NCBI GenBank assembly: GCA_038998335.1
Contig: JAVZHQ010000002.1
Location: 64,001-128,000, forward strand
From: Candidatus Aenigmatarchaeota archaeon
GTDB taxonomy: Archaea; Aenigmatarchaeota; Aenigmatarchaeia; CG10238-14; SCSR01
Direction of reading: 5' to 3'
DNA length: 64,000 nt
The translations under genes were made by a program, and so were the position numbers. The notes under the pieces were generated by a model. That model saw nothing but the letters and a program-made list of their open reading frames with translations, searched no databases and had not been told where the DNA came from. Position 1 is the first letter of the stretch, and the number at the start of each line of letters is the position of its first letter. This document shows, piece after piece, positions 19,464 through 28,405 of the stretch.

Positions 19464-20273
19464 ATGAACGAAACCCTAATCATAGTTTTCATTGCAATAT
19501 TTATTGTAGGTTTAATAGTTGGTTATATTCCAAGCTTGGCTGTTCCTATTCCTAATGGTGGTGGTAGTTCAGGAGCTCCTAGCCCAGGGCATACAGCAAG
19601 TCAAATAGGAGGGGGTACTGACGCAGAAAGAACCTTTGCCTCTTCTGGAAAGTATACTTTTCTTGGAGCATTAGACGTAAGAGGAGGGTTAACTGTAGTA
19701 GGGGATATCTCTTCATCAAATTATGTAAGAGGCACAACTGGTCTTTGTATCGGAAGTGATTGCAGAACTTCTTGGCCGTCTGGAATTAGTGGAAGTGGAA
19801 CAGCAAACTATATCGTCAAATTCACCAGCTCCAATACTATTAACACTTCTCTAATATATGAGAGTGGAGGTAATATTGGTATTGGCACAACAACACCAAA
19901 TTATAAACTTCACGTAAAGGGAAACGCCTATTTTGATGGCCCTGTTGGTATAGGAGGGCAAGCATACAATCCAGGCGAACTAAAAGTAACTGGCTGGGCC
20001 TACTTAGGTCGTGCGAATGTAGCAGCATCAGGCCAAACTAGCTGTACAAATTATGGAACTAGCTATTGTCTTGTTGATGATGCTAACGATTGGATTGTGG
20101 CGTATTGCCCTTCAGGTAAGAGTATGGTGATAGGTGGAGGTTGTTCAAGCGATAAACCTGCTCCACTCTGGAAAAATGCACCTCTAGGCGACACTGGTTG
20201 GGAGTGCGACTGGAATGGAGATGCAGGCAAAATGACAGTTTATTTAATTTGTGCAAGAATAGCAGGTGATTAA
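19464..20273 (+). CDS. Membrane-anchored surface/fibre-like protein
   Basis: N-terminal TM, Gly/Ser/Thr-rich body, 'GNIGIGTTTPNYKLHVKG' repeat unit, Cys-rich C-terminus. Confidence 0.75.
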   Translation: MNETLIIVFIAIFIVGLIVGYIPSLAVPIPNGGGSSGAPSPGHTASQIGGGTDAERTFASSGKYTFLGALDVRGGLTVVGDISSSNYVRGTTGLCIGSDCRTSWPSGISGSGTANYIVKFTSSNTINTSLIYESGGNIGIGTTTPNYKLHVKGNAYFDGPVGIGGQAYNPGELKVTGWAYLGRANVAASGQTSCTNYGTSYCLVDDANDWIVAYCPSGKSMVIGGGCSSDKPAPLWKNAPLGDTGWECDWNGDAGKMTVYLICARIAGD

Positions 20274-20469
20274 AAGTTATAATCGAGAATCTGAAATTTT
20301 TCAACCATGTAAATACAAAAAACTTATCTAATTCTTTTAGCAACAGTCTTATTATTAAATCTGGTTCAACCTCTAAACAATTTATAAACACTTTTTAAGT
20401 CTTTGTTAGCTTGATAAAAAAGAATTTAATAGATTTAAAAAACGAATAAATTAACAATAAGTGAGAAAA

Positions 20470-21792
20470 ATGTTCGACAGTCTAGGAAAAAACCTTAGCA
20501 ATTTGATAAGAAGAATAATAACAGGCGTTACTATAGACAAAAAAGCAGTAGAAGAAATTCTAGAAAATTTAAAAGTAATTCTTTTGCAAGCTGATGTCGA
20601 TGCCAAGCTTGTAGAAGAGCTAACAGCAAAAATAAGGAAAAAGTGTTTAGAAGAGAAAATTCCTGCTGGTTTGACTCTCAGAGAACATGTTTTGAAAGTA
20701 ATTTATGAAGAACTGGTAAACCTGCTTGGAGGAAAACCTTCAGCCTTGATAGGAAAGAAAAAAATAATGGTAGTTGGTTTATTTGGCTCAGGAAAAACAA
20801 CAAGCATAGTAAAAATTGCAAAATATTTTCAAAAACAAGGTTTAAAACCAGCCTTAGTTGCTTTAGATTATCATAGGCCTGCTGCTGTTGAACAACTTTT
20901 ACAATTGGGAAAGCAAATCAATATCCCTGTCTACTTTGATGAAGGTAAAGACCCTTATAAATGCGCAAAAAATGCTTTAGAAAAATTCAAGAATTACGAT
21001 ACAATAATTTTTGATACAGCAGGAAGAGACGCTTTAGATAAAGAGCTAGCGGAAGAACTAAAAAAGCTGGGAGAAATAATTAAACCTGATGAAGTTTTAT
21101 TAACAATTCCTGCAGACATAGGAAAAATTGCTGGCCCTCAAGCTAGTGAATTTAACAAGCTGGTAGGAATTAGTGGAGTAATAGTAACTAAAATGGATGG
21201 CACTGCAAAAGGAGGAGGAGCCTTAACTTCTTGTTTTGCAACAGGAGCAAAAGTTAAGTTTATTGGTATAGGAGAAAAAATAGAAGATTTAGAAGTTTAC
21301 AACCCAGAAAGGTTTGTTTCTAGATTGCTTGGCTTAGGCGACTTACAAACTCTTTTAGAAAAAGCAAAAGAAGCAGAAATAAAACCTGAAAAAGTTGAGA
21401 AAATAGTTGAAGGGAAGTTTACACTTCAAGACTTTTATGAGCAAATTCAAGCCATGCAAAAAATGGGGCCACTTTCAAAAGTTGTACAAATGATTCCAGG
21501 CTTGGGAATGCAACTTCCTGAAGAGCTTTTGGAAAAACAAGAAGAGAAATTAAAGAGTTATAAGTATATTATTGATAGCATGACAAAAGAAGAAAGAGAA
21601 AATCCTGAGATAATAAACTCAAGTAGAATTTCAAGGATTGCTAAAGGGAGCGGAAGACCTGAAGCTGAAGTTAGGGAATTGCTTAGTCAATATGAGAAAA
21701 TGAAAAAACTACTGAAAACTTTTGGAGGAAAAGCTGGGCTTGAAAGAGGAAACTTAAAAAAGCTTGCAAAACAATTTGGATTTAGGTTTTAA
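20470..21792 (+). CDS. srp54: Signal recognition particle protein SRP54
   Basis: GLFGSGKTT, DTAGR, TKMDGTAKGGGA, M domain 'IIDSMTKEERENP...SRISRIAKGSG'. Confidence 0.97.
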   Translation: MFDSLGKNLSNLIRRIITGVTIDKKAVEEILENLKVILLQADVDAKLVEELTAKIRKKCLEEKIPAGLTLREHVLKVIYEELVNLLGGKPSALIGKKKIMVVGLFGSGKTTSIVKIAKYFQKQGLKPALVALDYHRPAAVEQLLQLGKQINIPVYFDEGKDPYKCAKNALEKFKNYDTIIFDTAGRDALDKELAEELKKLGEIIKPDEVLLTIPADIGKIAGPQASEFNKLVGISGVIVTKMDGTAKGGGALTSCFATGAKVKFIGIGEKIEDLEVYNPERFVSRLLGLGDLQTLLEKAKEAEIKPEKVEKIVEGKFTLQDFYEQIQAMQKMGPLSKVVQMIPGLGMQLPEELLEKQEEKLKSYKYIIDSMTKEERENPEIINSSRISRIAKGSGRPEAEVRELLSQYEKMKKLLKTFGGKAGLERGNLKKLAKQFGFRF

Positions 21793-21793
21793 A

Positions 21794-22648
21794 ATGGAAG
21801 GAAAGAAAGTAGTTTTGTTTTTTGCTGGAATTTTTCTTTTAACTCAGATTTTAGGGCTTTATATTGGTAATGAATACATTCAACTAATAAAAGCTGGTGA
21901 AGCAGAACCTGCTTTTGAAAATCCAGAAAGCGTTGAAAATTCTATTCTTTTAATTTTTTACATGCTTCTGATGACAGGCTTGATAATACTAATAATCAAA
22001 TACAGAAAAACTCTTATAAGAGTTTTAGAAGCTGTAGCTGTGTTTTTCGCTTCTATGATAACTTTTGACTTTCTTTTTCCAGTTGTAATACTTTTTGTTC
22101 CTGTATCTTTGATTCTTGCTTTTATTTTGACAGCTTGGAAAATTTTAAGGCCAAGTGTCTTAAACCAAAATCTAGCCATTATTTTCTCTATTGCTGGAGC
22201 TGGAGCAGTAATAGGTGCTTCGCTCGGAGTTCTCCCTGTTTTGGTTTTCATAGCTCTAATTGCAATTTATGATTTTATTTCTGTTTTTTTAACCAAACAT
22301 ATGGTTTATATAGCAAAAGAAATAACAAAAACTCCAACTGCTTTTACCGCTGCCTTTCCCTATAAATTTGAAAAACCAAAAAAAGTTGCTGTTAGAGGAA
22401 GAAAAATAACGAAAAAGTTTCATGTTTTTCAGCTTGGAGGTGGTGATATAGCCTTACCTTTAATCTTTTCTGTTTCTGTGCTCAGAAGCTTTGGTTTAAT
22501 CCAAGCAATTTTCTCTATGATTGGGGCTTTAATCTTCCTTTCCATTCTTATTTATTACGTTACAAAAAAACCTGGCATGGCTTTACCAGGAATTCCATGG
22601 ATAAGTTGTGGGATGCTTTCTTTCTTTATAATTTCCATGTTGATTTAA
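21794..22648 (+). CDS. Presenilin/signal peptide peptidase-like intramembrane aspartyl protease
   Basis: Multi-TM with YD, LGGGD and 'ALPG' (PAL-like) motifs. Confidence 0.88.
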   Translation: MEGKKVVLFFAGIFLLTQILGLYIGNEYIQLIKAGEAEPAFENPESVENSILLIFYMLLMTGLIILIIKYRKTLIRVLEAVAVFFASMITFDFLFPVVILFVPVSLILAFILTAWKILRPSVLNQNLAIIFSIAGAGAVIGASLGVLPVLVFIALIAIYDFISVFLTKHMVYIAKEITKTPTAFTAAFPYKFEKPKKVAVRGRKITKKFHVFQLGGGDIALPLIFSVSVLRSFGLIQAIFSMIGALIFLSILIYYVTKKPGMALPGIPWISCGMLSFFIISMLI

Positions 22649-23343
22649 ACTTTTCCTGCAAAAATTTGCTCTTTCGGAAAAACTACCAAACCATTCTTTG
22701 TTATTTGAATAGGATGTACTCCAGAATCATGATCTGTAGCTCTCATTTTTCTTACGCACAAGCCTCTAGTGTAAAACCCTGCCTCTTTTATGTAGTAAAG
22801 AATTATTATTCCATCAGCAACAAATTCTTCCACTCCTAAACCAGAAATTTTCCCTGAACCTTCCTCTATTTCTGAGACAAGAATTGTTGTACATCCCAAA
22901 CGCTTAACAAGCCTTGTTAAATCTAAAATGCTTTTTCTTACTTGCAAGGCTTTTTCAAAGTACAAGCCTAGAATTGTTGACGGATCTATAACAAGTCTTT
23001 TTGCTTTTAATTTTGTTACTTCAGTTTCTATCAAATCTCTTAACTTTTCAAAACTGTACATTTCTGCAGAAACGAAAGAAACCATTTTTTTCTCTATAAG
23101 TTCTTTAAAATTCCAGTTAAATTCTTCAACAGCATAGCTAATAAGCCTTTCAGGCTCTTCCTCAAGAGAAATATAAACTCCAGGCTCGTTATAAACATAA
23201 GCTCCATTATAGATAAATTGTAAGCAAAATATTGTTTTCCCAGCACCAGCAACACCAGAAAGAAGTATGGTAGAAGACTGGGGAAAACCTCCACCTATCA
23301 AATCATCCAAACCAGGAATTCCTGTCTTTATTCTTTCTACCAT
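22645..23343 (-). CDS. KaiC/RAD55-like RecA-superfamily ATPase
   Basis: 'RIKTGIPGLDDLIGGG', GVAGAGKT, 'ADGIIIL', 'KMRATDH'. Confidence 0.92.
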   Translation of the reverse strand: MVERIKTGIPGLDDLIGGGFPQSSTILLSGVAGAGKTIFCLQFIYNGAYVYNEPGVYISLEEEPERLISYAVEEFNWNFKELIEKKMVSFVSAEMYSFEKLRDLIETEVTKLKAKRLVIDPSTILGLYFEKALQVRKSILDLTRLVKRLGCTTILVSEIEEGSGKISGLGVEEFVADGIIILYYIKEAGFYTRGLCVRKMRATDHDSGVHPIQITKNGLVVFPKEQIFAGKV

Positions 23344-23397
23344 AATAAAGAGTTGAATTTCTATTAAATTAAATTTTAAATTACATAAACTTGATTT

Positions 23398-24000
23398 ATG
23401 AGAGAATTCATTTTAAGAGCTTCAAAAGCTGTAACTAGACCAGATTTTAATCTAAATGATTTACCGGGCTCAGCAGGAAGAATGGATTTAGTTTGTAGAT
23501 GCATTTCTAGTGCTTTGTGGATATCTAACGATTTAAGAAGAGATACAAGAATTTCTGTGATTCTTGAAGGACCTCCAGCTCCACCAAAAATGTTAGTTTT
23601 TGAAGGAAGCTCTTTAAAGGGAGTTAACCCTGACGAAAGAAACATAGCCTCACATATAAGAAAAGCTTTAAAGCTAGGTGCTAACTTGAAACTTAACGAA
23701 GAATTAGAAATTTCGCCTGGGATAAAAGTTGCAAAGAAAAGTTTTGAAAGTTTGATAAGAGAAAAAATAGGAAAGATGCAAGTTCTATACTTACATCCAA
23801 AAGGAAAAGATATAAGGGAAATGGAAATAGAAGAAAACGTAGCTTTCATTTTAGGCGACCATATAGGAATTGCTAGAAAAACTGAAAAACTAATGGAAAG
23901 ACTTAACGTAGAAAAAGTTTCTTTAGGGAAAACGATTTATTTGGCAAGCCATGCTATAGTTATAGTAAATTATGAGTTAGACAAAAGATGGTTAAAATGA
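23398..24000 (+). CDS. trmY: tRNA (pseudouridine54-N1)-methyltransferase
   Basis: 'LNDLPGSAGRMDLVCRC', 'PDERNIA', SPOUT 'FILGDHIG...VSLG...YLASH'. Confidence 0.95.
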   Translation: MREFILRASKAVTRPDFNLNDLPGSAGRMDLVCRCISSALWISNDLRRDTRISVILEGPPAPPKMLVFEGSSLKGVNPDERNIASHIRKALKLGANLKLNEELEISPGIKVAKKSFESLIREKIGKMQVLYLHPKGKDIREMEIEENVAFILGDHIGIARKTEKLMERLNVEKVSLGKTIYLASHAIVIVNYELDKRWLK

Positions 24001-25277
24001 AGATAGAAGAAACTGCCTCAAAAATTTTGAAGAATTGGGTTTTATGCGACCATTGTCTAGGCAGACTATTTGCACAAATTTTAACTGGTCTTTCAAACGA
24101 GGAAAGAGGGAGAGTTATTAGATTGTTTATGGCTTTCTTGCTAGATTCAGGAGAAAAAATTGATTTAAACCCATCGAACTTTTATGGTATAAAATTCAGG
24201 AACATAAAGTTAGAAACAAAACCAGAAAAATGCTTTATTTGTAAAAATATTTTTGAAAAGAAAGAAGAGCTAGCTAAAAAAATAAACGAGAAATTAAAAG
24301 GAATAGAGTTTGAAACGTTTGTTATAGGATCGAAAATTCCTGCAGAAATTGAAAAAGCAGAAGAAAAAGTTTGGGAGGAAACAGGAATAGAGTTTGTTGA
24401 ATCTATTAAATCAGAAATCAACAGAGAAATCGGTAAAGAAGTAGAAAAAATAACAAAAAAAAGGTTTGAGCCAAGAAATCCAGATGTTACTATTCTTGTT
24501 GATGCAGAAAAAGGAAAAGTTAAAGTTGAAATAAGAAGTTTATACATTTTTGGAGGTTATAAAAAGCTTGTTAGAAATATTCCTCAATCTAAATGGATTT
24601 GTAGTAGATGTAAAGGAAAAGGTTGCAGCTATTGCAAAGGAAAAGGAAAGTTATATCCAACTTCTGTTCAAGAGATAATAGAAAAACCTTTGCTTAAAAC
24701 TACTAATGGAAAAAGAAGTTTTATGCATGCAACAGGTAGAGAAGACATTGACGCAAGATGCCTAGACTACAGGCCTTTTATAATAGAGATTGAAAACCCA
24801 ATAAAAAGGAAAATTGACTTAAAAAAAGTTGAAAAAGAAATTAACCAGTCAAAAAAAGTTAAGGTTAAAGGTTTAAGAATAACTGAAAAAGAATTTGTAA
24901 AAATTTTAAAGGCTGCAAGATTAGATAAAACTTACTTAGCTGAAGTTGAGTTTGAAAAAGCTATAGACAAAAACAAGTTGAAAGATTTAAAAGTCTTGAA
25001 AGAGCAACATATACTTCAAAAAACTCCTCTAAGAGTGTTGCACAGAAGAGCCGACAAGTTTAGGAAAAGAAAGGTGAAAAGTATCTCTTACAAGCTTTTG
25101 GGGAGGAAAAAGCTTCTTTTAAGAATTAAAGCTGAAGCTGGGCTCTATATAAAAGAATTGATAACTGGAGATGAAGGAAGAACTAAGCCAAGCGTACAGG
25201 AAATTTTAGGAAATAAAGTTAAAAAGATAAATTTAGATGTTATAAAAATACATGTAAAAAAACTAAAAGTTTGGTGA
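23997..25277 (+). CDS. pus10: tRNA pseudouridine(54/55) synthase Pus10
   Basis: 'LCDHCLGR', 'GREDIDAR', 'QKTPLRVLHRRAD', 'AGLYIKELITGD.GRT.PS'. Confidence 0.96.
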   Translation: MKIEETASKILKNWVLCDHCLGRLFAQILTGLSNEERGRVIRLFMAFLLDSGEKIDLNPSNFYGIKFRNIKLETKPEKCFICKNIFEKKEELAKKINEKLKGIEFETFVIGSKIPAEIEKAEEKVWEETGIEFVESIKSEINREIGKEVEKITKKRFEPRNPDVTILVDAEKGKVKVEIRSLYIFGGYKKLVRNIPQSKWICSRCKGKGCSYCKGKGKLYPTSVQEIIEKPLLKTTNGKRSFMHATGREDIDARCLDYRPFIIEIENPIKRKIDLKKVEKEINQSKKVKVKGLRITEKEFVKILKAARLDKTYLAEVEFEKAIDKNKLKDLKVLKEQHILQKTPLRVLHRRADKFRKRKVKSISYKLLGRKKLLLRIKAEAGLYIKELITGDEGRTKPSVQEILGNKVKKINLDVIKIHVKKLKVW

Positions 25278-25281
25278 AGCT

Positions 25282-25566
25282 ATGGTCAAGAAATCAAGAG
25301 GAATAAGGGCAAAAACAAGAGAAAAATTGAGACAAAAACCAGGCTATAGGCCAGCGATAACAAAATTTTTGCAGGAATTTAAGGAAGGGCAAAAAGTTGC
25401 TATACTGCAAGAACCTTCTTCTCATTCAGGAATGCCGCACCCAAGGTTTAAAGGAAGGATAGGAAAAGTTATAGGGAAAAGAGGAAAAAGTTATATTGTT
25501 GAAATCACAGATGGAAATAAGGTTAAAAAGATAATATCAAGACCTGAACACTTAAAGGCGATATAA
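25282..25566 (+). CDS. rpl21e: 50S ribosomal protein eL21
   Basis: 'GMPHPRFKGRIG', 'RPEHLK'. Confidence 0.97.
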   Translation: MVKKSRGIRAKTREKLRQKPGYRPAITKFLQEFKEGQKVAILQEPSSHSGMPHPRFKGRIGKVIGKRGKSYIVEITDGNKVKKIISRPEHLKAI

Positions 25567-25893
25567 ATGAAAATAATAGCAGAAGAAACAATAACTAATA
25601 GCGAAGCAAAAGAAATACTCGAAAATAGAGCGAAAGAAATCGAGCTTAAGTATGAACAAAAGAATGCTCTAGAAATTTTAAGGAAATTTGTCAAGCTTGA
25701 TTCTGAAAAGGCAAAAAAGCTTGCTGAAGAACTTAAAAAAATTGAAAAATTAAGAGAAAAACAAATAGTTGAAATAATCAACTTTTTACCGGAAGATAAA
25801 GATGAACTTAGAGTTGTACTTCATAAAGAATACAACAGCTTTACACCCGAAGAAATCGACATGATTTTAGAAACAGTTAAAAAATATATCTAA
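25567..25893 (+). CDS. rpoF: RNA polymerase subunit Rpo4 (RpoF)
   Basis: 'LKYEQKNALE', 'LPEDKDELR'; conserved eL21-rpoF-DUF655 order. Confidence 0.92.
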   Translation: MKIIAEETITNSEAKEILENRAKEIELKYEQKNALEILRKFVKLDSEKAKKLAEELKKIEKLREKQIVEIINFLPEDKDELRVVLHKEYNSFTPEEIDMILETVKKYI

Positions 25894-25912
25894 ATCCTTT
25901 CTGGTGGTTTAA

Positions 25913-26461
25913 ATGATGAAAGATGAATACGCAATAGTTTTAGATTTTCTTCCTCATGGTAAGCCTGGAGATAGAAAAGCTGAACCTGTAGCTCAAGCTA
26001 TAGGAGAAAAATTCTTCAACCTTTTAGAGTTAGCTATAAGAGAAAGCACAGAAGTTAAACCAAAGGAAAGAGTTTATATCGGCGAGGATAAAAGGGATAA
26101 GGTAAAGTATATAAGAGGGAGAATAAGCTATAACGAGCTTACAAATTTTGCAAAAAGCGAACTAGAGGAAGTTTTGCTAGAACAAATAACAAAAGATGAA
26201 AAAAGATTTGTTAATGTTTTCAACAAAGCTGGACCTATATCGACAAGAATGCACGCCTTAGAATTACTTCCTGGAATAGGTAAAAAGCATCTTTGGGACA
26301 TAATAAACGAAAGAAAGAAAAAGCCATTTGAAAGTTTTAAAGAATTGCAAGAAAGAATAGAAATGCTTCCTGACCCAAAGAAAATGGTCTTAAAAAGAAT
26401 TTTAAATGAATTAGAAGGAAAGGATAGGCACAGGCTTTTTGTTGGTTTTTCATTTACTTAA
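25913..26461 (+). CDS. DUF655 family putative RNA-binding protein
   Basis: 'AIVLDFLPHG', 'RMHALELLPGIGKK'. Confidence 0.92.
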   Translation: MMKDEYAIVLDFLPHGKPGDRKAEPVAQAIGEKFFNLLELAIRESTEVKPKERVYIGEDKRDKVKYIRGRISYNELTNFAKSELEEVLLEQITKDEKRFVNVFNKAGPISTRMHALELLPGIGKKHLWDIINERKKKPFESFKELQERIEMLPDPKKMVLKRILNELEGKDRHRLFVGFSFT

Positions 26462-26676
26462 CTTTCTTCTCCTATTTCTTTCACTGCTACTGCAACAGAA
26501 ATCCAAAGTAATCCGCCAACTAAAAAGAGGACAAAAGCAATTAGCAAAGCCAAAGAAAAGCTTAAGTCACTAACTCCCAAACCTTTTTCCAAATGCCCAG
26601 CAATCATAGAAGCAAAAAGTATGCAGGCAGTACCTAAAACCCAAAAAGTTACTATTTTCCAATTCTTCTTTACCAT
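26458..26676 (-). CDS. Small membrane protein, hypothetical
   Basis: 72 aa, two TM helices. Confidence 0.65.
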   Translation of the reverse strand: MVKKNWKIVTFWVLGTACILFASMIAGHLEKGLGVSDLSFSLALLIAFVLFLVGGLLWISVAVAVKEIGEES

Positions 26677-26707
26677 TTTCTCTAAAATTAGATAAGTTTT
26701 TTAAAGC

Positions 26708-26965
26708 TTATAAACTTCTTGTTATTCCTGTAACTTCAACTTCCCCTACTTCTTCAATTTCTTTCAGTTTTTTCTCTAGATTTTCTACCTCTCCTCCTGC
26801 GTCTGGAACTATTTTAACAACATGAATAGCAACTAAACCAAAAGCAATAGGCTCGCGGGAAATTTTTTCTGGTTTTATCGCATTCTCTATTTTTTCTTCT
26901 AACTTATCTAAGTCAACTTCAACAGTTTTTGGAAGAACCTTTAATCCAACTATTACTTCCCCCAT
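26708..26965 (-). CDS. ef1b: Elongation factor 1-beta
   Basis: 'MGEVIVGLKVLP', 'EPIAFGL'. Confidence 0.95.
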   Translation of the reverse strand: MGEVIVGLKVLPKTVEVDLDKLEEKIENAIKPEKISREPIAFGLVAIHVVKIVPDAGGEVENLEKKLKEIEEVGEVEVTGITRSL

Positions 26966-26967
26966 CT

Positions 26968-27129
26968 TTACGGCCCCGTAAACCCACATTTTGGGCAAGT
27001 ATACTTATTGCTTAAAGCTTTACAAGTTGAGCATCTAACTATTAAAGCTTCCCCGCAACTTGGACATTCAAACTTAACGAAATTTTCTTTTGCTAAGATG
27101 TTAACCTTACAAGTTAAGCATTTAAACAT
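26968..27129 (-). CDS. Zn-ribbon RNA-binding protein (DUF1610/HVO_2753-like), 53 aa; absent from ORF track
   Basis: Manual translation MFKCLTC...FECPSCG...RCSTCK...YTCPKCGFTGP; usual partner upstream of EF-1beta. Confidence 0.92.
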   Translation of the reverse strand: MFKCLTCKVNILAKENFVKFECPSCGEALIVRCSTCKALSNKYTCPKCGFTGP

Positions 27130-27168
27130 TATTTAAGCTTAGTATTAATAATTTTTATAGGTTACGCT

Positions 27169-27253
27169 GCCCCTGTAGTCTAGCCTGGACAGGATAGAAG
27201 CTTGCGGTAAGAGTGAAAAGCTTCTGGCCCGGGTTCGAATCCCGGCAGGGGCA
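27169..27253 (+). tRNA. tRNA-Arg(GCG) with 11-nt intron at 37/38 (27208-27218)
   Basis: GCCCCTG/CAGGGGC acceptor; GAAGC-TT-GCG-G|A-GCTTC; T-arm CCGGG-TTCGAAT-CCCGG. Confidence 0.92.
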
Positions 27254-27282
27254 TTAAAAATTTAAAATACCAGTATTAAAAA

Positions 27283-27477
27283 TTGTTAGAGAAAATGCCA
27301 AATTTAATTCTTATAATCATCTTACTAATCCTAATTTTTCTTCTTTTCCTAAACTTAGACTGTATAATGGAGGGAATAAGCAGAGAAAATAAGGCTTTTT
27401 GCTTTCATCAAGACTTTGGCTTAAGTAGAGTTGGTTTAAGAATTTCTTCAAGCCAAGGCTGTACTTGCTACCCTTAA
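27283..27477 (+). CDS. Small secreted Cys-containing peptide, hypothetical
   Basis: Hydrophobic N-terminus and four Cys; short, could be spurious. Confidence 0.4.
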   Translation: MLEKMPNLILIIILLILIFLLFLNLDCIMEGISRENKAFCFHQDFGLSRVGLRISSSQGCTCYP

Positions 27478-28383
27478 TCATTTCAAAATGATTTTCATAA
27501 AATCATGAGCAACTTTCGTGTTCTCAAAAATCTTTTTCGCATTTTCTTCTAAATCTTTTACATCAGTATACCTTCTACTTATGTGAGTTAAAATTAATTG
27601 CTTAACGTTAGCTTTTTTTGCTATTCTTGCTGCTTGCTTAACGTCAGCATGAGCTTTTCCACTTTCTTCTTCAAGAAAAGTTCCGTCATGAATTAGCAAA
27701 TCAGCGTCTTCAGAAATTTTTACAATATTGTCGCAAGGTTTGGTATCACCTGTATAAACAACCTTTAAACCTTTTTTCAAGTTAGCAACTTCTTCAATTC
27801 TAATTTCCTTTCCCTTATACTCAGCTTTCCCATATTTTTTTAGTTTCTTAAGCCAATAACCCCTTTTCAACCCAAGCTCTTTAATTTTTTTCGAATCAAT
27901 ACTCCATCTATCCTTTTCCTTAAAAGCATAAGCTACAGAAGGAATAGAATGAAAAGCTGGAATAGAAAAAATTTGGTAATCTTCTGTTTCATCTATTAAA
28001 GTGACTTTATCGCCATGAAAAGGAACGTTTACAGCAACAACAGGAAACCTGCAACCAAAATAGCCTAAGCTTAAAATGTTTGTCACAAACTTTTCAGCTT
28101 CTGGAGCAAAAATTTTTAACTCTTTTTTTCTTTTTTCCAAGCTCATGGTTTGAAGTAAAGGAATTAAACCAGCAAAATGGTCTGCATGCCAATGGGTTAT
28201 GAAAATCTTGTCTATTTTCATAAAGCTAATTCCAGCAAGCATTAATTGCTTTTGAGTTCCTTCTCCACAATCAAAGAGCAAAGTTTCTTTTTTCTCGCTA
28301 TAGTATTCTAAAGCTATTGCTGGATGACTCCTTTCTTTGCTCGGTATACCAGAAACTGTGCCCAAAAAAGTTATTACTATCAC
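27478..28383 (-). CDS. rnz: Ribonuclease Z
   Basis: 'FLGT...P', 'LFDCGEGTQ', 'THWHADH', 'YTGDT', 'LTHISRRY'. Confidence 0.97.
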   Translation of the reverse strand: MIVITFLGTVSGIPSKERSHPAIALEYYSEKKETLLFDCGEGTQKQLMLAGISFMKIDKIFITHWHADHFAGLIPLLQTMSLEKRKKELKIFAPEAEKFVTNILSLGYFGCRFPVVAVNVPFHGDKVTLIDETEDYQIFSIPAFHSIPSVAYAFKEKDRWSIDSKKIKELGLKRGYWLKKLKKYGKAEYKGKEIRIEEVANLKKGLKVVYTGDTKPCDNIVKISEDADLLIHDGTFLEEESGKAHADVKQAARIAKKANVKQLILTHISRRYTDVKDLEENAKKIFENTKVAHDFMKIILK

Positions 28384-28405
28384 AATCCTAATTATAGGAA
28401 AATCT

